Below, one piece after another: positions 56,488-64,000 of a DNA stretch of 64,000 nucleotides. This stretch comes from Eledone cirrhosa (taxonomy: Eukaryota), in the NCBI GenBank assembly GCA_964016885.1, contig OZ024749.1, positions 13,206,001 through 13,270,000 of the forward strand, written 5' to 3'. Each line of letters begins with the position of its first letter. Position 1 is the first letter of the stretch. A program made the translations under genes and the position numbers. The notes below the pieces were generated by a model. The model had not been told where the DNA came from, searched no databases, and saw only the letters and a list, made by a program, of their open reading frames with translations.

Positions 56488-56821
56488 AGAGAATGAGAAA
56501 GAAAATAGATTGATGGGACGGGCGGGATGGAATTGGAAAAAAATGTCTTTAAATAAAAAAAATAACAGGTCCAGTCATATATATACGTGTGTGTGTGTTC
56601 AGGTGTTGTACTATGTTCGATTTACAGTAATACTAATTAGTTGCAGAAATATAGAGAGAATAAAACAAACCCCCAAATAACGACAAAATGGTAATCCCTC
56701 CATATGGAAAAGGGAGAGCTCTTCACATCATTGCCAGTTAAACACTTGTAAAGTTATTTGGAAAATGAATTTCAACTCTGTGATTGAAAAGGGTGTTATA
56801 CATACACACAAACAGGCACGC

Positions 56822-56863
<42 letters not shown>

Positions 56864-56897
56864 GTAATATATATGTATATATATGTGTGTGTGTATG

Positions 56898-56950
<53 letters not shown>

Positions 56951-57072
56951 AACACTATATATATGTATATACATATATATATATTTATGTTGTACGTATG
57001 TATATATAAGTATTTATATAGAGAGAAAGCTGGTTCTATTTTAGTGCAAAACCCAATGTTTACTAGTGGGGA

Positions 57073-57157
57073 CGCCATCTTGTGTTGTAAGCTTTAGTAG
57101 AGCCAGCTGTATTAGGTTAATATTGCTAATGGCTTACCCCTTCTTCTCTACTTCCGG
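57073..57157 (-). promoter_or_regulatory. ETS and YY1 motifs around a splice donor (candidate promoter or first exon)
   Basis: Minus strand CCGGAAGT..AAGGG|GTAAGC..CAAGATGGCG. Confidence 0.35.
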
Positions 57158-57196
57158 TATTCGGGACACAACTTATATATGATATGTATATATATG

Positions 57197-57227
<31 letters not shown>

Positions 57228-57264
57228 GTATATATATAATGTATATGTATATATATATATACTG

Positions 57265-57303
<39 letters not shown>

Positions 57304-57518
57304 ATATATATGTATATAGATATGTGTGTGTGTGTATATATGTGTGTGTGTGTATATATATATATGTATATATATATAGATATATATGTATATATATATA
57401 TATATGTATATATATATGTGTATGTGTATATATATACACATATATATGTGTATATATACACATATATGTGTATATATATACACATATATAAAATATATAT
57501 ATATGTATATATATATAC

Positions 57519-57567
<49 letters not shown>

Positions 57568-58318
57568 CATATATATACATATATATACATGTTTATATAT
57601 ATATATATGTATATATGTATATATATACATATATATACATATATATATATGTTTATATATATATGTATATATGTATATATACATATATATACATACACCC
57701 ATATATGAACACACACACGATACAGTCGAGGATGGTAAAGATGATGATGATATTAGTGGAAATGGTGATAACGAAGATGACGTTGGTGGAGGGGGGTCGT
57801 AAAGGTGAGGGTGGTATTGAAGATTATGATTATACTGGTAGTATGGGGTGTGGTGGGGTGGGGGGTGATGATGGTGGTGGTGGTGGTGGTGGTGGTGGTG
57901 TTGGTGGTGGTGGTGGTGATGACTGTGGTGGTGGTGGTGGTGGTGGTGGTGATGGTGGTGGTGGTGGTGGTGGTTGTGGTGATGGTGGTGGTGGTGGTGG
58001 TGGTGACTGTGGTGGTGGTGGTGGTGGTGTTGGTGGTGGTGGTGGTGGTGGTGGTGGTGGTGGCGGTGGTGGTGGTGGTGGTGGTGGTGGTGGTGATGGT
58101 GGTGGTGGTGGTGGTGGTGGCGGTGGTGGTGGTGGTGGTGGTGGTGGTGGTGATGATGGTGGTGGTGGTGGTGGTATGCTGGGATCGTCAGCCAGCGCTA
58201 CTAAACCATTCAAAATCGATCAATAAACGAAGCAGTTCACCAAGTTTATATCAACTAAATCTATAAACATCTTTCGTGTACATGTTCTGCCTCTACACAC
58301 ACATATATATACACATAC

Positions 58319-58393
<75 letters not shown>

Positions 58394-58437
58394 CATATAT
58401 ATACATACATACCATACATACATACATATATTATATA

Positions 58438-58489
<52 letters not shown>

Positions 58490-58547
58490 TATATATAATA
58501 TACATACATACATACATATATATATACATACATATATATATATATAC

Positions 58548-58585
<38 letters not shown>

Positions 58586-58865
58586 ACATACATATATACA
58601 TACATACATATATATATATATACATATATACATACATATATATACATATATACATACATATATATATATATATACATACATACACACACATACATACATA
58701 CATATACACATACACACACACACATACACATACATATACACACATACACATGCACACATACACACATACACACACATACACACATACACACATACACACA
58801 CACATGCAGCCCAATAATTCTTCTTCTCCCTCCCTATTTCTCCCACTCTTTCATTCCTTTTCCCT

Positions 58866-58896
<31 letters not shown>

Positions 58897-58919
58897 CCCT
58901 CGCTCTCTCTCTCTCTCCC

Positions 58920-58994
<75 letters not shown>

Positions 58995-59329
58995 CTTCCT
59001 CTCTTTCCCTCTCTTTCATCTCCTTTCTCTCTCTCTCTCCCTCCCTTTCATTCCCCTCTCTCTCCCTCTCTCCATACTTCTCTCTGTATATACTCCCCTT
59101 ATTTTTGTCGTTCTTCTTTGGTTTTGAAAGAAAGAAAGAAAGCAAGAAAGAATGAAAGATTGAATGAATGAAAGAAAAAGAGAAAGAAAAATAAGAAAGA
59201 CAAACAGTAGAATGAAGGTGAGGGGAAGGGGTGAGGCGAGGGGGATGAGGAGACGGGGGTAGAAAAAGGGGGAAAAGACGAAAGAAAGACGAAAGTCAGT
59301 GAGAAACAGAGAAGAGGGGGGGAGAGAAA

Positions 59330-59598
59330 GACGAAAGAAAGTGATAGAGGAAGGAGGGGGGATGGAGGGAAAGAGAGAAGAAAGACGAAAGAGATTGACA
59401 GAGGAAGGAGGGGGGATGGAGGGAAAGAGAGAAGAAAGACGAAAGAGATTGACAGAGGAAGGAGGGGGGATAGAGGGAAAGAGAGAAGAAAGACGAAAGA
59501 GATTGACAGAGGAAGGAGGGGGGATGGAGGGAAAGAGAGAAGAAAGACGAAAGAGATTGACAGAGGAAGGAGGGGGGATGGAGGGAAAGAGAGAAGAA
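59330..59598. repeat. 54-bp purine-rich tandem repeat, about 5 copies
   Basis: EEGGGMEGKREERRKRLT periodicity in the ORF track. Confidence 0.9.
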
Positions 59599-59715
59599 AA
59601 AGAACAGAAAGAGTTTAAGGAAAAATCTAAAATATCGTAATTTTCCAAGATTGAAAAATGTAATTTCAATTTTAGGAACTGGAAGGTCTAAACACTTAAA
59701 TATTTACACACAACT

Positions 59716-59828
<113 letters not shown>

Positions 59829-60411
59829 GTAACACCATTATTCCACATAGTACTCCATACTTAAGTAAAATATAGATATGACCTAGCGTTAAGCTAAAGC
59901 GGCCTAAGCTTGACCGTAGGGCTTTTCTATCTTATAAGTTTTATATATATATACACTAATAATTGTTTCTACATATGGCACAAAGCCATCAATTAATCAG
60001 TACATTACTGGTACTTTATTTTATCGACCCCATAAGGATGAAAGGCAAAGTTAACCTCGGCGGGATTTGAACTCACAATGGCAAAGGTGGTAACTCTATA
60101 CGTCAAAGCATGGCGTCCGACCTTCTACCGATACTGCCAAAATAAAAAGGACGTGTTACATCTTCATTACATTTATTGTGGTGTGACGCGCGTTTCGCGA
60201 TTGATCAGCTCAATGCTCAATCTGTATCGACCTAGCCCGATTTTGGAATCAAAAGCTCGTCGGGCTTTTGTTATGGTAAACACCCCTAAACTATATATAT
60301 ATATATATATATGTAGATAAATCTACCAAGAGTTTACGGTAGTGTCCAATCCGTATGAAGAACTCAATGTATTCCGGATATCATGGAAAGAAGAGATGTA
60401 ATGAAAAATAT

Positions 60412-60559
60412 ATTATTTCTGAAGACGGCGTATATATGTGTTGGTATGTATGTTTAATCTTGATAGTTTGTATAATTTTGTATAATTTTGTACATAGATC
60501 TGTTGAATATGCATGCCAATTCTAACACATATATATCCTAGAAACGATCGTTAAATAAT
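60412..60559 (+). ncRNA. Type I hammerhead with a ~115-nt stem II
   Basis: ATTATTT-CTGAAGA-..TATATATGTGTTGG...CTAACACATATATA..-GAAA-CGATCG-TT/AAATAAT. Confidence 0.7.
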
Positions 60560-60737
60560 TGTTTCTACTTTAGGCACAAGGCCAGCAATTACCCAGTGCA
60601 TTACTAGTACTTTATTTTATCGACCCCGTAAGGATGAAAGGCAAAGTCAACCTCGGCGGATTTGAACTCAGATCGTAAAGGGACGTAACTATGCTGGAAA
60701 GCATGGCGTCCGACCTCTACCGATACTGCCAATCCAC
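60560..60737 (-). mobile_element. Full-length SINE with an 11-bp target-site duplication
   Basis: CGTTAAATAAT at 60549-60559 and 60738-60748. Confidence 0.9.
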
Positions 60738-61040
60738 CGTTAAATAATGAACTTTTTTTGTTTAATATAAGGAACTGTTTCATTGTTTATTCATTATTTG
60801 TTTAATATTTTATATATATATATATATATTTTAGTACAGCATTAACGAAGCTTTAGAACATGACCAAGCTAACGAATACATAATCGGTCTGTAGCTTTAG
60901 CACTCGGATAAGGAAGAACCCCAGAGTAATAACATTACGTTCAGACAGCTTAGCAAATCAGATATAGCGGTCGGAAGTCCAGCCGGATCACTAAAGCAAC
61001 GAAAATACAGGACCCAGGAAAAGATTTTATACTGACCCGG

Positions 61041-61074
<34 letters not shown>

Positions 61075-61147
61075 TATATATTTATATAATATATATATTT
61101 ATATACGATATTAAATAAATGGAAACTATATTTATAAAACCATATTT

Positions 61148-61211
61148 ATTTCATTATATATATTTCAGGGATATCATATTAAAAATATGTTATGCCTTCT
61201 TCAGACAAAAT
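61148..61211 (-). ncRNA. Type I hammerhead, left arm of fold-back 61085-61546
   Basis: Reverse complement of 61351-61414. Confidence 0.75.
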
Positions 61212-61350
61212 ACAATATAAACAGTCTTATAGATAGATAGATTCGACATACCTTTCAACTTCGACTTCTATTTGAAAAGTTGATTTTCAAATAGAAGTCG
61301 AAGTTGAAAGGTATGTCGAATCTATCTATCTATAAGACTGTTTATATTGT

Positions 61351-61414
61351 ATTTTGTCTGAAGAAGGCATAACATATTTTTAATATGATATCCCTGAAAT
61401 ATATATAATGAAAT
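61351..61414 (+). ncRNA. Type I hammerhead (family of 26613-26676)
   Basis: ATTTTGT-CTGAAGA-aGGcATAaCATATT ttt AATATGaTATcCCt-GAAA-TATATA-TA/ATGAAAT. Confidence 0.75.
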
Positions 61415-61546
61415 AAATATGGTTTTATAAATATAGTCTCCATTTATTTAATATCGTAAATATACTCCAAATACTTGTTGAGTGCTTTAATATCAGTTAT
61501 AAATATTTACTCGTTGTTAACCCAACAATTTAAATAAAACTTTGCA

Positions 61547-62620
<1,074 letters not shown>

Positions 62621-62754
62621 CTTGACTCTGTATACCGTTTATCTTTCACCGAAAGTGGATTTTCATTACATCTCTTCTTTCCATGATATCCGGAATACAT
62701 TGAGTTCTTCATACGGATTGGACACTACCGTAAACTCTTGGTAGATTTATCTAC

Positions 62755-62787
<33 letters not shown>

Positions 62788-63084
62788 ATGTATATTATAT
62801 ATATATATATATTATATAATATATCTATATAATATATATAATATATATATAATATATACAATATATATATATATATATATATATGGTAACTTCTCACACT
62901 ATGGTTATTGAATGGAGAACTCAATACATAAAATGTTGTAGAGTATATGGTTTGTTTAAAATGAATCTTCTTTCTCGCTGCTCAAGTTTGACACCACTGC
63001 GAAATCCATTCCAGGATATTCGTCTGGAGATCGTCATGGCGTGAACCTCGATTTACGAAAAATTCAAATTCAAGCACACATACA

Positions 63085-64000
63085 CACATGAGGATTGCAG
63101 CATCTCCACAGACGATTGCCGTCTCTTATTGATTCTTCATTGACATCCCATTCGCGTCCATGACTTCGTTGATGAGTTTGTAGGCCTGCTGTAGAACTGC
63201 ATGGTTTACGACACATGTGACAAAAGAGAGTTGTGCTTTCCACGGGACCGGTGGTGTCACCCTGTGGGACACAATCTTTATGTACCGCCATGTGATTTTT
63301 TTAGTCCGAAACTAGTACTACACCCGTTGTTGCATATCACGCATGTGGTTTCACCAGGTCTTTGTTGAGTGGTGTTGCAGGGGGTTAGGTTATCCTTTCA
63401 TGTGACTTCAGGTGATTAACATAACTAGCCTTTGAGAGGAGTACACGGTGACAGAAATTGTATGTCCAGCTACTGATGACTTCATCAAAACTGTGAGAAC
63501 ATCCCTTCCTGAGCTGAAGCTTCAGTTGTTTATGTTGTAGACGACATTCCTTAAAAGTTTTGCAACTGCCCTTTATGCGCTTTCTTCACTCAGCCCTATT
63601 TAGAGCTATCTCCTCCCAGTTCTTTATATCAAATGCCAGCTCTTTGAGATCAAATGCCAGATCTTTTAGAATGTTCTTGATGCTGTCCTTGAACCTCATT
63701 TTCGGTTTGTGTTGAGGTCTTTTTCCAAGATGGAGCCCACCGTAATACAGTTGCTTCGGGATCCTTCTTTCTTTCATGCTGACGATATGTCCTGTCCAGC
63801 GCATTTGAGAATATGTTACTTGAGACTCAATACTTGGACATTCTGCTTTGATAGGAACATGGATGTCAGGAGTTCTGTCTTGCCACTTCATGTTGAATAT
63901 GTGCCTTAAACATTTCTGCTGAAAACGTTCAAGCAATTTGGTGTGTTTGCGGAATAGCGTCCAGGTTTCGGTGGAGTATGAAAGAGCAGACAGAACACAT
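63085..64000 (-). pseudogene. RTE-clade LINE 3' portion (RT C-terminus plus C2H2 fingers), continuing beyond the window
   Basis: LERFQQKCLRHIFNMKWQDR..QMRWTGHIVSMKERRIPKQLYYGGL..GKRPQHKPKMRFKD; CHMCRKPCSSTAGLQTHQRSH. Confidence 0.9.

Noticed and set aside
60178-60290. GAAA-CGCGCG-TC hammerhead 3' half (minus strand; also 27564-27575 plus)
   Set aside because: No core adjacent to a matching stem I strand.
62625-62756. Hammerhead-like CCGT-ATGAAGA...GAAAGATAA-ACGG (family also at 23060-23195 and 60312-60405)
   Set aside because: A3-G8 is not compensatory and the cleavage-site spacing is off.

Overview
Eukaryotic, extremely repeat-rich DNA. The (TA)n/(CA)n/(TAG)n/(GGT)n density and the tRNA-type SINE suggest an octopus or other cephalopod (inference). 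Almost every ORF in the track is a microsatellite artefact. The real coding remnants are retroelements: a near-intact Penelope-like element (PLE) reverse transcriptase (1-1880, minus), two further PLE remnants with GIY-YIG domains, an R4/Dong-type LINE and an RTE LINE. There are also RTE-derived non-autonomous elements, SINEs, two Helitron-like copies, mariner/Tc1 MITEs and several minisatellites. The main signal is a population of more than 15 short fold-back (inverted-repeat) insertions, nearly all inside (TA)n tracts. Many carry minimal type I hammerhead ribozymes that I folded by eye (about 20 complete or degenerate motifs from roughly 8-10 sequence families). They show covarying stems, palindromic helix III, greatly extended stem II in some families, and a recurrent U3-A8 core variant. 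A few candidate host exons and promoter motifs are listed at low confidence. All folds and alignments are manual.
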